Shown here: in pieces, positions 9,932 through 19,860 of the stretch
Layout of the letters: every line of letters starts with the position of its first letter
Position numbering within the stretch: the stretch's first letter is position 1
From: an uncultured archaeon
GTDB lineage: Archaea; Asgardarchaeota; Thorarchaeia; Thorarchaeales; Thorarchaeaceae
Assembly: GCA_964590575.1 (NCBI GenBank)
Contig: CAZPWM010000006.1
Coordinates: 1-61,986 of the forward strand
DNA: 61,986 nt
Reading direction: 5' to 3'
Position numbers and translations under genes: made by a program
The notes under the pieces: model-generated
What the model was told of the DNA's origin: nothing
Database searches by the model: none
Seen by the model: only the letters and a program-made list of their open reading frames with translations

Positions 9932-11038
9932 TTACTGATACATAGACCAGAACCTACGGAATTTGTCCGTGTATGATAGCACATCGGTCGAGTCAACATA
10001 CTGATCAATTCCGCCCAGATGCTTTGGCAATTGTTTTATTTCCTCATCCTTAATTTCTGTATGTATAGCATCTGCAAAATCGTCTGCATGAATTATTATG
10101 AATGGTCGATTGTAAAACTGTGAGACTTTGGTAGTCAGGATCTCGGTAATACCTAGCTCATTATGCATTTTAGCCACATGCTCATACGTTTTTGTCAGAT
10201 GATCCTGTCTTTCTTGCCAAGTAACAGCATCCATAATCTGCATGAACAATGGTGTGAGAGTCTTTGCACTATTAAGCTTGGAAAAAGCTGTACCAAACCA
10301 TTTGATGTAAGGTGCATACTTGCGTTCCATCAGAAAACACAGCCCCATCATGTCACGAACCAATCGTGTAGCAATGATGCGAGAGCCGAGCTCGTCTCCA
10401 ACCTGACCACATCTACCCATAAACGCTACTTCTTGAGCTATTCTCCTCCATTGATTTGCTAATAGATACAACCACAAATCATGGGGATAATATTCTAATT
10501 TGGTTACAATCGGTTTCAGCTTCCCCAAGTCATCATGAAAGACTCGTCCGTTCCCAATACTTAGGAGCATTTGCTGTGGAAGTACCAACCAATCCACAAT
10601 ACGCAGATCTTCTGTTGGATTGAAACCAAGGTATTCTATAAAGAAGGCACTGACTGTATTAATCGTGATTCCATGATTGACAGGTCCTTTGTCAATACGA
10701 CGCATCGTTGTAGTGCCATCATCATGATAGTCAAAGTTTGTGGGAAACCCCAACACCTCATATGGTAGGTTCTTTCGAAGCGTATCATCGATTTCCTCTT
10801 TCAGAGCACCGTAGTCAGAATCATCTAAGAAAATCTGTAGCTTAGGTCCCCAATCATGATCCATCGACTGTGGTGTATCATAACTCAATACATCGGACCC
10901 TTTCCCTATACGAGCTGCTGAATAAACAAGTTCCGGAAAGTATTCGTCTATGACAGGTTTCACGGCCTTTTCATAGAAAGCTCCACTCAAGTCTAACCCA
11001 GGTAAGAAATCATAGGGCGGGTGATCTTCATCACTCAT
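9932..11038 (-). CDS. DUF4037-domain nucleotidyltransferase-fold protein
   Basis: GSDVLSYD...DHDWGP and YAPYIKW motifs. Confidence 0.82.
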   Translation of the reverse strand: MSDEDHPPYDFLPGLDLSGAFYEKAVKPVIDEYFPELVYSAARIGKGSDVLSYDTPQSMDHDWGPKLQIFLDDSDYGALKEEIDDTLRKNLPYEVLGFPTNFDYHDDGTTTMRRIDKGPVNHGITINTVSAFFIEYLGFNPTEDLRIVDWLVLPQQMLLSIGNGRVFHDDLGKLKPIVTKLEYYPHDLWLYLLANQWRRIAQEVAFMGRCGQVGDELGSRIIATRLVRDMMGLCFLMERKYAPYIKWFGTAFSKLNSAKTLTPLFMQIMDAVTWQERQDHLTKTYEHVAKMHNELGITEILTTKVSQFYNRPFIIIHADDFADAIHTEIKDEEIKQLPKHLGGIDQYVDSTDVLSYTDKFRRFWSMYQ

Positions 11039-11102
11039 CCAATTGTCTCCAAATTCGTAGTAACATCATAGGATTTGGATATTACGGATTAGCATAAAGA
11101 AA

Positions 11103-11211
11103 TGGCGGGCCCGCCCGGATTTGAACCGGGGATTACTAACTTAGGAGGCTAGTGCCCTATTGTCCTCACACAAAACAATCTCTTTGTGTGACCAGGCTAG
11201 GCCACGGGCCC
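11103..11211 (-). tRNA. tRNA-Arg(CCT) with ~30-nt D-loop intron
   Basis: Reverse complement GGGCCCG...CTAGC-CTCCTAA-GTTAG...CGGGCCCGCCA; CACACAAAG/TTTTGTGTG hairpin insert. Confidence 0.9.
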
Positions 11212-11312
11212 TTAGACTTGAGCGTGTGAGGAGTCAGTTGTTAAAGCTTTTGCAATACTGAACTTGGACAAAACTATTTCGCGTCACAAGTTGATAATGA
11301 CCTGAGGTTGAT

Positions 11313-11528
11313 ATGATGCCACGGTGTTCTAAATGTGAAAATATCGAAATGGAGTTAGGAACGCTGCTTCATGGATCTGGTGATTTTGGTATAAAAAGCA
11401 GTGCGCTGCGTATAAAATTCAAACAGCCCGCGCAGGATGACCCTTATCATTATGTAGCCTATCATATTGATGGATATAGATGTCCTCAGTGTGGGCATGT
11501 TGAAATGGTTGCAAATCGTAAGACTTGA
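11313..11528 (+). CDS. Small zinc-ribbon protein
   Basis: CSKC...CPQCGHVE. Confidence 0.75.
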   Translation: MMPRCSKCENIEMELGTLLHGSGDFGIKSSALRIKFKQPAQDDPYHYVAYHIDGYRCPQCGHVEMVANRKT

Positions 11529-11581
11529 ATTCCCTTTAAGGAAGCAAGGGTACCCATTCTACAGTCTTATAGATTTCGAAT

Positions 11582-12850
11582 TCATTGAGCGATTTTCCCT
11601 GTAATATTGGCTCCTTCTTCCATCTCATCAACAAGCATACTGCCTTGTCTAGTTTTTATTCGAATAGAGCTTTCACCATTTCGTCCAACAACAGTTGTGA
11701 ACAAGTATTGATCTCCAGCAAATAGTTCGATTCTTTGCTTCGCGTACTTTCTTCCAGTATATATTGTGACTTTCTTTTTACTATAACTCACTGAAACTGG
11801 AACACTTTCTCCGGGGGCTCCTCGTTCCTTTGCTGGACGCCTATCATCTCTCGTAGTAGGTACAAAACCACCTCTCACAGGCAAAACGACTTTCTCCCCT
11901 CCAAAGGTGAACATCTCAAACTCTAATGCGCCTCGTTCAAAGTCACGTACTTCTACAACAGGTCTAGCTAAATCTCTCTGTGTACCACCCATACCCGTTG
12001 GAAGTTTCACTTTTAGTGACAAAGCTGATACCTTAGCAACCTGCCCATCTTCAATATGCACAATAGTATCAACAGTGCTTGGCACTTGTCCTAGCTCTAC
12101 GCGGCCACCAAGGAGCAGTCTTTGGAGTGCATCAATGGCTGACCCTGCATGTACAACTCCGACCATTCCAACTCCTGCTGAACGAAGATCTGCATACGCT
12201 TGAAAATCAGAGTTTTTCCGGAGCTCATCATAGATGACATAATCTGGTCTGACTAGGAGCAGAACGTCTGCAGCTTTCTCCATACTTCCATCTAATGGGG
12301 AATACTGAACTATTGACTCATTCACCTGGAGGTCTCTCGGCTGCTCAAGAGTTTTCACAATATTACCATTACTACCATAAAACTCAGCTAAAGCCGCCGC
12401 AAAGGTACTCTTACCTGAACCAGGTGATCCAGATACAAGAATTCCTTCTGCCCTTGACTCAAGTCTTTTCATCAATTTGGAACTGAGTTCATAATCATCG
12501 AGGTTCAGTTTTACAATGGGTTTTATTGCTGAAATCTCCATCTTGTCAGCAAATGGACGTCTGGCAATTGCAATTCTTAAGTTTCTCAACTGAACAACAG
12601 CTGCCCCCACTTCTTCAATCTCAATGAATGAATTACTGTCATTCTCTGCTGTTTCAAGTATTGCTTCTGCAAGAGTGTCTAATTCTTCATACGTGAGAAG
12701 TCTATCAGAAAGTTCCACAAGCTCCCAATTTCCTGGTTCGCCTCTCTTAGCACGAGGTGGGTTATTCTCTATAAGATGTACACTCATCGTACGTTCATCA
12801 AAGAACGCATTGAGAGTTAGGATTTCATCACTGTCTTCATAATCCGTCAT
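11582..12850 (-). CDS. PINA-like (PIN-associated, PilT/VirB11-type) ATPase lacking the PIN domain
   Basis: FFDERTMSVHL, GSPGSGKST, LLLVRPDYVIYDELR, GVGMVGVVHA, C-terminal KH-like region. Confidence 0.85.
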   Translation of the reverse strand: MTDYEDSDEILTLNAFFDERTMSVHLIENNPPRAKRGEPGNWELVELSDRLLTYEELDTLAEAILETAENDSNSFIEIEEVGAAVVQLRNLRIAIARRPFADKMEISAIKPIVKLNLDDYELSSKLMKRLESRAEGILVSGSPGSGKSTFAAALAEFYGSNGNIVKTLEQPRDLQVNESIVQYSPLDGSMEKAADVLLLVRPDYVIYDELRKNSDFQAYADLRSAGVGMVGVVHAGSAIDALQRLLLGGRVELGQVPSTVDTIVHIEDGQVAKVSALSLKVKLPTGMGGTQRDLARPVVEVRDFERGALEFEMFTFGGEKVVLPVRGGFVPTTRDDRRPAKERGAPGESVPVSVSYSKKKVTIYTGRKYAKQRIELFAGDQYLFTTVVGRNGESSIRIKTRQGSMLVDEMEEGANITGKIAQ

Positions 12851-13466
12851 CTTCATCACTTCCAAGGTTTCGAAGAGTAGCCTGAGCGACTCGATAGAAG
12901 TTAACCTCACCATTTTGATCTACTAGTGCAAAAATCAGATTCTTCCGTGAGCCAGCTGCTGTCTGAGTTACCATATCCAAATCACTTAGAGATATTGGTA
13001 CGCCCTCTTTGAGAACATATACCAACTGATTTGCACTTGATGCGCCAGGTCGGTCACCGCGGGCGTAAACACGAAATCCAATCCCACTACCAAAACCTTG
13101 GCGTACTGCATAGCCTCTACTTCTCAGGTCTCTGAACACAAGATATCGGGTCCAAAGATCAGGATCTTCATCAAGTAGTTCACTCACGATATAATCTGGT
13201 CCAATGGTTTCTCCATCAGTTTTTCTTACAACTAATCGTTTTCGTTCAATAAGATGCAAAAGTTCTACGGGTTCTAGTTCAAGTCTATTATCATCAATCC
13301 GATTTCCATAGAATCCTTGTTGCGAGATTCTATCTGCATCTTCACTACGCACATACCCCTTACCACCTTCGAAAATAGCCTCTGCAGGTTCTTCTTCTAC
13401 TTCCTCCTCCATTTCTAGTTCTTCAGAGTCTTCCTGTTGGGAAAATTTGTCTTCCTCACCTGTCAA
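12837..13466 (-). CDS. endA: tRNA-splicing endonuclease subunit, probably the structural (beta) type
   Basis: LELEPVELLHL, YLVFRDLRSRGY, FRVY, RKNLIFALVD motifs; catalytic Tyr/His positions appear substituted. Confidence 0.85.
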   Translation of the reverse strand: MTGEEDKFSQQEDSEELEMEEEVEEEPAEAIFEGGKGYVRSEDADRISQQGFYGNRIDDNRLELEPVELLHLIERKRLVVRKTDGETIGPDYIVSELLDEDPDLWTRYLVFRDLRSRGYAVRQGFGSGIGFRVYARGDRPGASSANQLVYVLKEGVPISLSDLDMVTQTAAGSRKNLIFALVDQNGEVNFYRVAQATLRNLGSDEDDGL

Positions 13467-13561
13467 TTGAATCTCGCCTGCTTGGTCTAGCCTTGCTGCT
13501 TTTGGTAAAAACCCTTCGACATGCCACAAGAACTATAGCCCAATCAGAATGAACCCACATT

Positions 13562-14059
13562 GTGCCAAATAATAGATTCGAGGACGAGCTAAGGGATTTC
13601 ATCTCTGGTGCTAATAAGATTGCAATCCTCGGCATAGGAAATGACTTACGCTCAGATGATGGACTTGGTCCCTACATCATTGAAAAGCTCAGCATAGATG
13701 ATTCTCGAGTGATGATTGAGAATGTAGGGTCGGTTCCTGAAGGGTTTGCACGACCTTTAGCTGAATTTGGAGCTGATAGAGTGATTATGGTCGATGCAGC
13801 GGATATGAGAAAACCACCTGGGCATATAGAACTAATTACCAAGGACCGCATCGGTGGAATCAATATCAGCACTCACAGTATGCCTCTTTCATTCCTAATG
13901 ATGTACCTAGAACAAGAAACCGGCGGTAAAACAATACTAATTGGTATTCAGCCGAAAAGTATACAGTTCGGTGAGGGCTTGACACCAGAGATTCAAGAGG
14001 TTGTTGACAAAATCCTCAACAGTCTAGAACGTGTACTGAAAGAATATTTGAGAGGATAG
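13562..14059 (+). CDS. hycI: Hydrogenase maturation protease (HycI-like)
   Basis: ILGIGNDLRSDDGLG, VDAA, STHSMPL. Confidence 0.9.
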   Translation: MPNNRFEDELRDFISGANKIAILGIGNDLRSDDGLGPYIIEKLSIDDSRVMIENVGSVPEGFARPLAEFGADRVIMVDAADMRKPPGHIELITKDRIGGINISTHSMPLSFLMMYLEQETGGKTILIGIQPKSIQFGEGLTPEIQEVVDKILNSLERVLKEYLRG

Positions 14060-14062
14060 AGA

Positions 14063-15103
14063 ATGTTTCGAACTATTGAATGGCTAGATGATACGTCAGA
14101 AGTGCGTCTTATAGATCAGACAAAACTCCCACTGACTTTAGAGCACATTACAACAGCAAGCCACGAACGTATTGCAAAATCAATCAAAATAATGGAAATT
14201 CGTGGTGCGCCTGCCATTGGCGCAGCTGCAGGAATGGGTATGGCACTAGCTGCAATTGAGAGCAAAGCCAGAACAATCGAAAATCTCATGGATTATCTTG
14301 AGAAAGCTGCAGTCACACTAAACATGCGACCAACTGCAGTCAATCTAACATGGGCAACAGCTCGAATGTTGGAGGTTGCAAAAAGCACAGAGGGAAGTGT
14401 TGATGATATCGTACAAAGATTAGTCGAAGAGGCTAAAGAGATTGCTGAGGAAGATATTCGGATGTGTAGAAATATTGGGGAACATGCACTTTCTCTCATC
14501 AAACCAGGTTATACAATCCAGACCGTATGCAACGCTGGGTCTCTTGCTACTGTACATCTTGGTACTGTAGGTGCTGTAGTTAGAGTAGCTCATGAAAAAT
14601 TTGATGGCAATATCAAGGTGTATGCAGTCGAAACTAGACCAAGACAACAAGGTGCCCGTCTTACGGTGTTCGAATTCATGGAAGATGGTATCGATACAAC
14701 TTTGATAACTGATGGAATGATTGGTACCGTCTTTCGCCAGGGACTGGTTGATTGCTGTGTAGTTGGAGCTGACAGAATCCTACGAACAGGTCATGTGATT
14801 AACAAGATAGGGACCTACACAATGGCAATCACTGCAAAGTACCATAACATACCATTCTATTCTGTTGCTCCAATATCAACAATCGATATGGTGACTGACC
14901 CTGAAGATGTCGTCATCGAAGAACGTAATCCCGACGAAATACGAATGATTAATGGAGAATATATCACAGTTCCCGATGCAAAAGTGTACAACCCTGCATT
15001 TGATATGACTCCACCTGAACTGGTGGACGCAATCATCACAGATAGAGGCGTTGTCAAAAATCCGACAGAAGAGAAGATGCGGAAGCTCTTCGAGAATGAC
15101 TAG
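14063..15103 (+). CDS. mtnA: Methylthioribose-1-phosphate isomerase (eIF2B-like)
   Basis: IRGAPAIG, RPTAVNL, CNAGSLAT, ETRPRQQGARLT, NKIGTY, NPAFDMTP. Confidence 0.92.
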   Translation: MFRTIEWLDDTSEVRLIDQTKLPLTLEHITTASHERIAKSIKIMEIRGAPAIGAAAGMGMALAAIESKARTIENLMDYLEKAAVTLNMRPTAVNLTWATARMLEVAKSTEGSVDDIVQRLVEEAKEIAEEDIRMCRNIGEHALSLIKPGYTIQTVCNAGSLATVHLGTVGAVVRVAHEKFDGNIKVYAVETRPRQQGARLTVFEFMEDGIDTTLITDGMIGTVFRQGLVDCCVVGADRILRTGHVINKIGTYTMAITAKYHNIPFYSVAPISTIDMVTDPEDVVIEERNPDEIRMINGEYITVPDAKVYNPAFDMTPPELVDAIITDRGVVKNPTEEKMRKLFEND

Positions 15104-15145
15104 ACATTCAAACTCATAGAGGATGTGTAGGCACTGACTGGTGTT

Positions 15146-15874
15146 ATGCTCAAATATGAGTTGGCTGATGGTTCGTTTATCGAAAAACCAGTTCGTAATG
15201 ACACTACGACAATATCACTCAGAAAAATGGGTATCATTTCAGTGAATCTCACTTCTCTAAGTTCACTTTCAAACCTAGAACGATTCTCAATCTCATATAA
15301 TCCTCTCAAAACAATCAATCTTCAACCTCTATCGAGCTGCAAAAATCTCAAGGTTATTCGAATGACTGGATGTACATTAAACACGATTGATTTGAAACCT
15401 CTAAACGAGTTGAAACATCTCGAGCAATTATCAATATCCTTCAACAATTTGACTGAATTAAATCTCACTCCACTTTCATCATGTTCCGAACTAGAAATCC
15501 TCACAATAAACAGGAACAACCTAGGATCAATCGATTTGTCAGCTCTCTCTTCGTGTTTCAAGTTGATGACGTTAAACATAGGTCATAATGCATTCAAGTC
15601 TGTGGATTTGTCACCTCTTGCAGATTGCAGAAATCTGTTTTCTCTTGTTATCAACAAGACCCAGCTTCGGTCTATCGACCTTTCGCCTCTTGAGAATCTG
15701 AATGGTTTGAGAGGTCTAGATCTCAGTAATAATCAACTCAGAAGAATAGACCTACGTTCATTAAGAAATTATGAAGAAATGCAGGAAGTGAATCTTGAAG
15801 ATAATCCACTTGAGTCAATATTAGTTAGGAAGGGTGTACCCTGGAGTATCCTCAAAATCAATAAGGACTACTAA
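15146..15874 (+). CDS. Leucine-rich repeat protein
   Basis: ~8 repeats of LxxLxLxxNxLxxIDLxPL. Confidence 0.92.
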   Translation: MLKYELADGSFIEKPVRNDTTTISLRKMGIISVNLTSLSSLSNLERFSISYNPLKTINLQPLSSCKNLKVIRMTGCTLNTIDLKPLNELKHLEQLSISFNNLTELNLTPLSSCSELEILTINRNNLGSIDLSALSSCFKLMTLNIGHNAFKSVDLSPLADCRNLFSLVINKTQLRSIDLSPLENLNGLRGLDLSNNQLRRIDLRSLRNYEEMQEVNLEDNPLESILVRKGVPWSILKINKDY

Positions 15875-15911
15875 AGTAGAATAGTAGAATCAAGTGATTA
15901 ACTCTATAAAA

Positions 15912-15989
15912 TGGCGGGCGCGGCAGGATTCGAACCTGCGACATCCAACTTCGAAGGCTGGCGCCCTATCCAGACTAGACTACGCGCCC
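15912..15989 (-). tRNA. tRNA-Arg(TCG), intron-less
   Basis: Reverse complement GGGCGCG...CCAGC-CTTCGAA-GTTGG...CGCGCCCGCCA. Confidence 0.95.
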
Positions 15990-16035
15990 CAAACTCGTTT
16001 TTATTATTAGGCTCTTAAGGACTTCTGTTTACCGC

Positions 16036-16299
16036 CTACTCATGTTTTGGAAGTAAACCGCCAAAGACTGCTAGAAATCCGATAAAGAATACGAATCCTA
16101 GAGGGACTGATATGATCATAAACCCAATTGGATCAATTACCCATATTGGTTCCCCAATCCCAAGCTCAGGGTGTGTGTCAATTACATACCAAAATCGAAG
16201 TGAAGTAGTCAGCATCCAGATAAGGAAGCTGTTGACCATTAACAATAGTCCCTTATGCCACTGTTTCAAACAAACATACCCGATAGTAACTTGGCACAA
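16036..16299 (-). CDS. Small hypothetical membrane protein
   Basis: Two hydrophobic segments; start uncertain. Confidence 0.5.
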   Translation of the reverse strand: MCQVTIGYVCLKQWHKGLLLMVNSFLIWMLTTSLRFWYVIDTHPELGIGEPIWVIDPIGFMIISVPLGFVFFIGFLAVFGGLLPKHE

Positions 16300-16326
16300 A
16301 ATGTACTTAATCTCTTGCTAGAAGAC

Positions 16327-16545
16327 TCACTTTTTACCAAGCTTCTTGTTCCAGACATCCAAGAAGTACTCTAGAGACCTATCATACGTTCTTTCTGCCT
16401 CTGGAGGGAAAAGACATCCTGGAAGTTCCTGGTGCTTCCAATGATAATCAATACAATCACAACAATAGCCTTTCCTTGAACATCCAGGGTAAGAACACAC
16501 GCATCGTTCCTTGTTTCTTTCTGTGGGACAAGTTCTACCAGTCAT
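16327..16545 (-). CDS. Small Cys-rich protein (DUF6485-like)
   Basis: CxCxYxxCSRKGxCCDCIxYH...LPGCLFP...TYDRS. Confidence 0.8.
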   Translation of the reverse strand: MTGRTCPTERNKERCVCSYPGCSRKGYCCDCIDYHWKHQELPGCLFPPEAERTYDRSLEYFLDVWNKKLGKK

Positions 16546-16636
16546 CGAAGCTCGCCACCCCTTTCTCCTGACACGTTAAAACCTGATTGGTCCTGGCGGT
16601 AGGCTAATAGCATCGAAAAGCTGATTGTGAAATAGT

Positions 16637-17422
16637 ATGGACCTATCAAAGTGGTTTCCAATAATTCCAACTGGGGTTGATAAAACCACACTCAATCCTG
16701 ACAGAATCACCACACTAGAGGATATTCTAGTTGAATGCTATGGCCCTGATGTTTCCCTATTGTCATTGGAGCGGCTAAAGAGCAGGAAAAACATCGTCGT
16801 CCATCTCACGATCAAGTCAAAGGAATCGTCGAAACCCCTTGAAGTAGTAGCAAAGATGTTCGTAGTTGATAAATTTGATATCGAGCTTCGAATTCTAAAC
16901 TCCAGTTGGGAGAAGTCACTCACAGTCCCGAAAGTAATTGAAGCGCGGGATGGTGTGATTCTGATGGACTATGTATCTGGAGAACCACTTGTGGATGTCC
17001 TGAATCGAACATTCGAACCATTGTTGATTGACATGTTGGCTGAATGGTATTACAATTATCATAGAGCCCATGATATGATTAAGGGCGATCCTAGACTTCG
17101 CAATTTCATTTATAGTAATGGACAAATATACGGAGTTGACTATGAGGAATCACGTCCAGATTCCTGGATACTTGATATTGGAGGCACGGCCGCAAGTCTA
17201 TTAGATACTGACCCCATCTTTGATTCCAGAAAACGAAAGATGTGTTGGGTCCTCCTTGAAACCTATCTAAATCTTGTTGGTGAGAAAAGAACATTCGAAA
17301 TCGAGACCGAGTTCAATGAAACCGTAGCTAACGCTCTAAAACAGACTGCAATTTGGCGGGATAGCGACAAAATAATGTCAATTTCAGAAACCATACGTGA
17401 AAAAGGCATCCCAATCGAATAA
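16637..17422 (+). CDS. Protein-kinase-like (RIO/Bud32/Kdo-type) protein
   Basis: VVAK, VPKV, ILMDYV, KGDPRLRNF, GVDYE. Confidence 0.8.
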   Translation: MDLSKWFPIIPTGVDKTTLNPDRITTLEDILVECYGPDVSLLSLERLKSRKNIVVHLTIKSKESSKPLEVVAKMFVVDKFDIELRILNSSWEKSLTVPKVIEARDGVILMDYVSGEPLVDVLNRTFEPLLIDMLAEWYYNYHRAHDMIKGDPRLRNFIYSNGQIYGVDYEESRPDSWILDIGGTAASLLDTDPIFDSRKRKMCWVLLETYLNLVGEKRTFEIETEFNETVANALKQTAIWRDSDKIMSISETIREKGIPIE

Positions 17423-17506
17423 CAATCTCATTTTTTTCATCCCTAAGGTTCTTAACGTGGTTACGCAGATTACCGAAGTATACAGTCGAACATATCGGGT
17501 GCAGAG

Positions 17507-18784
17507 ATGAAACAACAAAGATACGCATTGGCTGTAGTAACAATACTTGTTGTGGCTAGTGTTTCTATCATTGGGTTGTATCAGATTTTCGTACCTGATG
17601 ATGACTCCATACTCAACTTCTATGTCTTCGGTGACTCTCAAGGATACCAAGACGGAATTCTTGAGATTGCTGAAATTGCCAATCTAGAACAACCAGATTT
17701 CGTCTTCCATTGTGGGGATCTTACGCCATTCGGACAATCAAACCAATATGATGAGGTCATTTCTGCCTTAGACACCTTCACAGTTCCAGTCTATACCACA
17801 GCAGGTAACCATGATATTCGTCAAGGTGGAGGAGCAAGATACAATCAACACTTTGGGTCCTCTAATTATTCATTTGACTCTGGACCTATTCATTTCACGG
17901 TTTTCAACACCTCAACAAATGACGTTTCTGAAACCGAGTTGATTTGGCTTGAAAATGACCTATCAAAATCAATGTCAGAGATTAAATTCGTCTTCACTCA
18001 TACACCACCTTTTGATCCTCGAACAGGTTCGGAGCATGCGATGTTGAATGCAACGATGGCCGAGAGGCTGATGGCATTGTTCGAGGCTCAGAGTGTCAAT
18101 ACAGTGTTCACAGGACATATCCACTTGTACAACGAGAGCGTGAGGAACGGTGTACGATATGTGATATCCGGAGGCGCAGGAGCCAGCCTTTATGCCAGCG
18201 AGGATGAAGGTGGAATCTACCACTTTGTGAACGTCACAGTGACTGAAACCGGCGTGGAGATTGCCCCAGTGCTCCTCACAGCTCCAAGCATAGAGCGTGA
18301 CAGCGTAGTGGTCAGAGGGTCCGATGCTGATGTGACCCTGTCCCTTGCTGCTCTAAACAATATGAACTGGGTAGAGGGATGGAGTTCTTTTCAGAACCAG
18401 TTCGACAACTGGCGCGGGTACGGGTTATATAGAGGAGTAAGCGTGTCAGACCTAGTGGAACTTGTGGGGGGTATGGCGGTCTCTGACACTGTCAGAGTCA
18501 CATCCTTTGACGGATATTCTCAGGATTTCTCGTTTGATAACGTATATCCCAATACTTCTTGGTATGACATTCAGGGCGATATGATTCTAGCCTATAGATT
18601 GAACGGGACTGATGTTCTAGACTGGATCGATGGCATGAGATTGGTGATGCTACCCACTGACGAAGCCTACAGTAATGTTGACTGTCTTGCTACCTCAGCT
18701 CTCGGGATGGGTTACCATATCTATCCCTCCGCAGGAGCTAGATGGGCCAGATTCGTGTCATTCATTGAGGTGATACCAAGATGA
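17507..18784 (+). CDS. Membrane-anchored metallophosphoesterase fused to a sulfite-oxidase/Moco-binding-like domain
   Basis: GDSQ, GDLT, GNHD, THTP, GHIH motifs; C-terminal YRGV...DGY...ILAY.LNG...RLV...WARFV. Confidence 0.85.
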   Translation: MKQQRYALAVVTILVVASVSIIGLYQIFVPDDDSILNFYVFGDSQGYQDGILEIAEIANLEQPDFVFHCGDLTPFGQSNQYDEVISALDTFTVPVYTTAGNHDIRQGGGARYNQHFGSSNYSFDSGPIHFTVFNTSTNDVSETELIWLENDLSKSMSEIKFVFTHTPPFDPRTGSEHAMLNATMAERLMALFEAQSVNTVFTGHIHLYNESVRNGVRYVISGGAGASLYASEDEGGIYHFVNVTVTETGVEIAPVLLTAPSIERDSVVVRGSDADVTLSLAALNNMNWVEGWSSFQNQFDNWRGYGLYRGVSVSDLVELVGGMAVSDTVRVTSFDGYSQDFSFDNVYPNTSWYDIQGDMILAYRLNGTDVLDWIDGMRLVMLPTDEAYSNVDCLATSALGMGYHIYPSAGARWARFVSFIEVIPR

Positions 18785-19851
18785 GTTACTCTTCCGGACC
18801 CATCATCACCCGACAGATAGTGACGATTGCCATTCTCAGTGCACTGGGAGGGTCTCTGAGCACTTTTATCGGATATCTGGGAAATTTAATCAACCTCAGC
18901 CTTGGCGTGCCCTTTGGAGCAGGTCAGTTCATGGCCGGACTCCATGTGTTCTGGATAGTCCTCATGAGGGTTCTCGTTCCAAAGAACGGCGTGGGGACTA
19001 TGGGGGGCCTCCTGAAAGGAACTGTTGAGATGTTCACTGGAAGCACTCATGGGATAGTGGTGGTGATAGTTTCCCTCGTTCAGGGTATCATTATTGACAT
19101 CATAGGTACAATCGCACGGAATGACCAAGGTCTGAATGGAAACTCTAGAGTGGTCTGGTGGCTCGGTGCAGGTGTTGCCTCAGCCTCCAATGTTATTGTG
19201 TTCCAACTGTTCTACTTTGCAGGCGCACCTGATGTTTACGTCATGGTGATTTCATTACTTGCGTTCTGCTCCGGAGTGATTTTTGCAGGGTTCTTTGCTT
19301 GGGAAACATTAGAGTTCCTCAATGACACAGGTGTAATACATGACAGATTCCCCAGCATTCGAACTGAAATCCCGGAAAAAGGAAAACGATCGATACTCTA
19401 TAGACGAAATATTCCTGCTGTGGCGCTGATTCTATTTCTAGTAGTAGGTGTGACATACTATGTTGGGGTTGTCAGACCGCTGATAACAGACCCCTACTCC
19501 TGTGATGTGGTGGGACTCGTAGAATCCCCCTACTCATTCGATATTGAAACCTATTTTGGAACCACTGTGACGATTGAGGCTGAGTTGATTGGCTCGTACA
19601 TTCATCTCCCAGCAGCAAACTACACTGGGGTCTTGCTCAGTGTAATAATACAACAGGCAACCCCCCTTCCTGAAGCAACTGGTCTCAGAGTGATGGCCCG
19701 GGATGGCTATCAGGTTGAGTTCAACCTCGATGATGTGATGACTGATGATAGACTCCTGCTGACCAGTAACAGTGATGGTCTTTGGTTGATTGCTGCTGAC
19801 TATGAAGGTTCTTTCTGGGTACGTCAGGTTTTCACACTTCAAGTATTATAG
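18781..19851 (+). CDS. ECF transporter S-component fused to a Moco-binding-like domain
   Basis: ~6 TM S-component-like N-terminus; C-terminal YTGVLL...ARDGY...WVRQV. Confidence 0.75.
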   Translation: MSYSSGPIITRQIVTIAILSALGGSLSTFIGYLGNLINLSLGVPFGAGQFMAGLHVFWIVLMRVLVPKNGVGTMGGLLKGTVEMFTGSTHGIVVVIVSLVQGIIIDIIGTIARNDQGLNGNSRVVWWLGAGVASASNVIVFQLFYFAGAPDVYVMVISLLAFCSGVIFAGFFAWETLEFLNDTGVIHDRFPSIRTEIPEKGKRSILYRRNIPAVALILFLVVGVTYYVGVVRPLITDPYSCDVVGLVESPYSFDIETYFGTTVTIEAELIGSYIHLPAANYTGVLLSVIIQQATPLPEATGLRVMARDGYQVEFNLDDVMTDDRLLLTSNSDGLWLIAADYEGSFWVRQVFTLQVL

Positions 19852-19860
19852 GCGGACACC

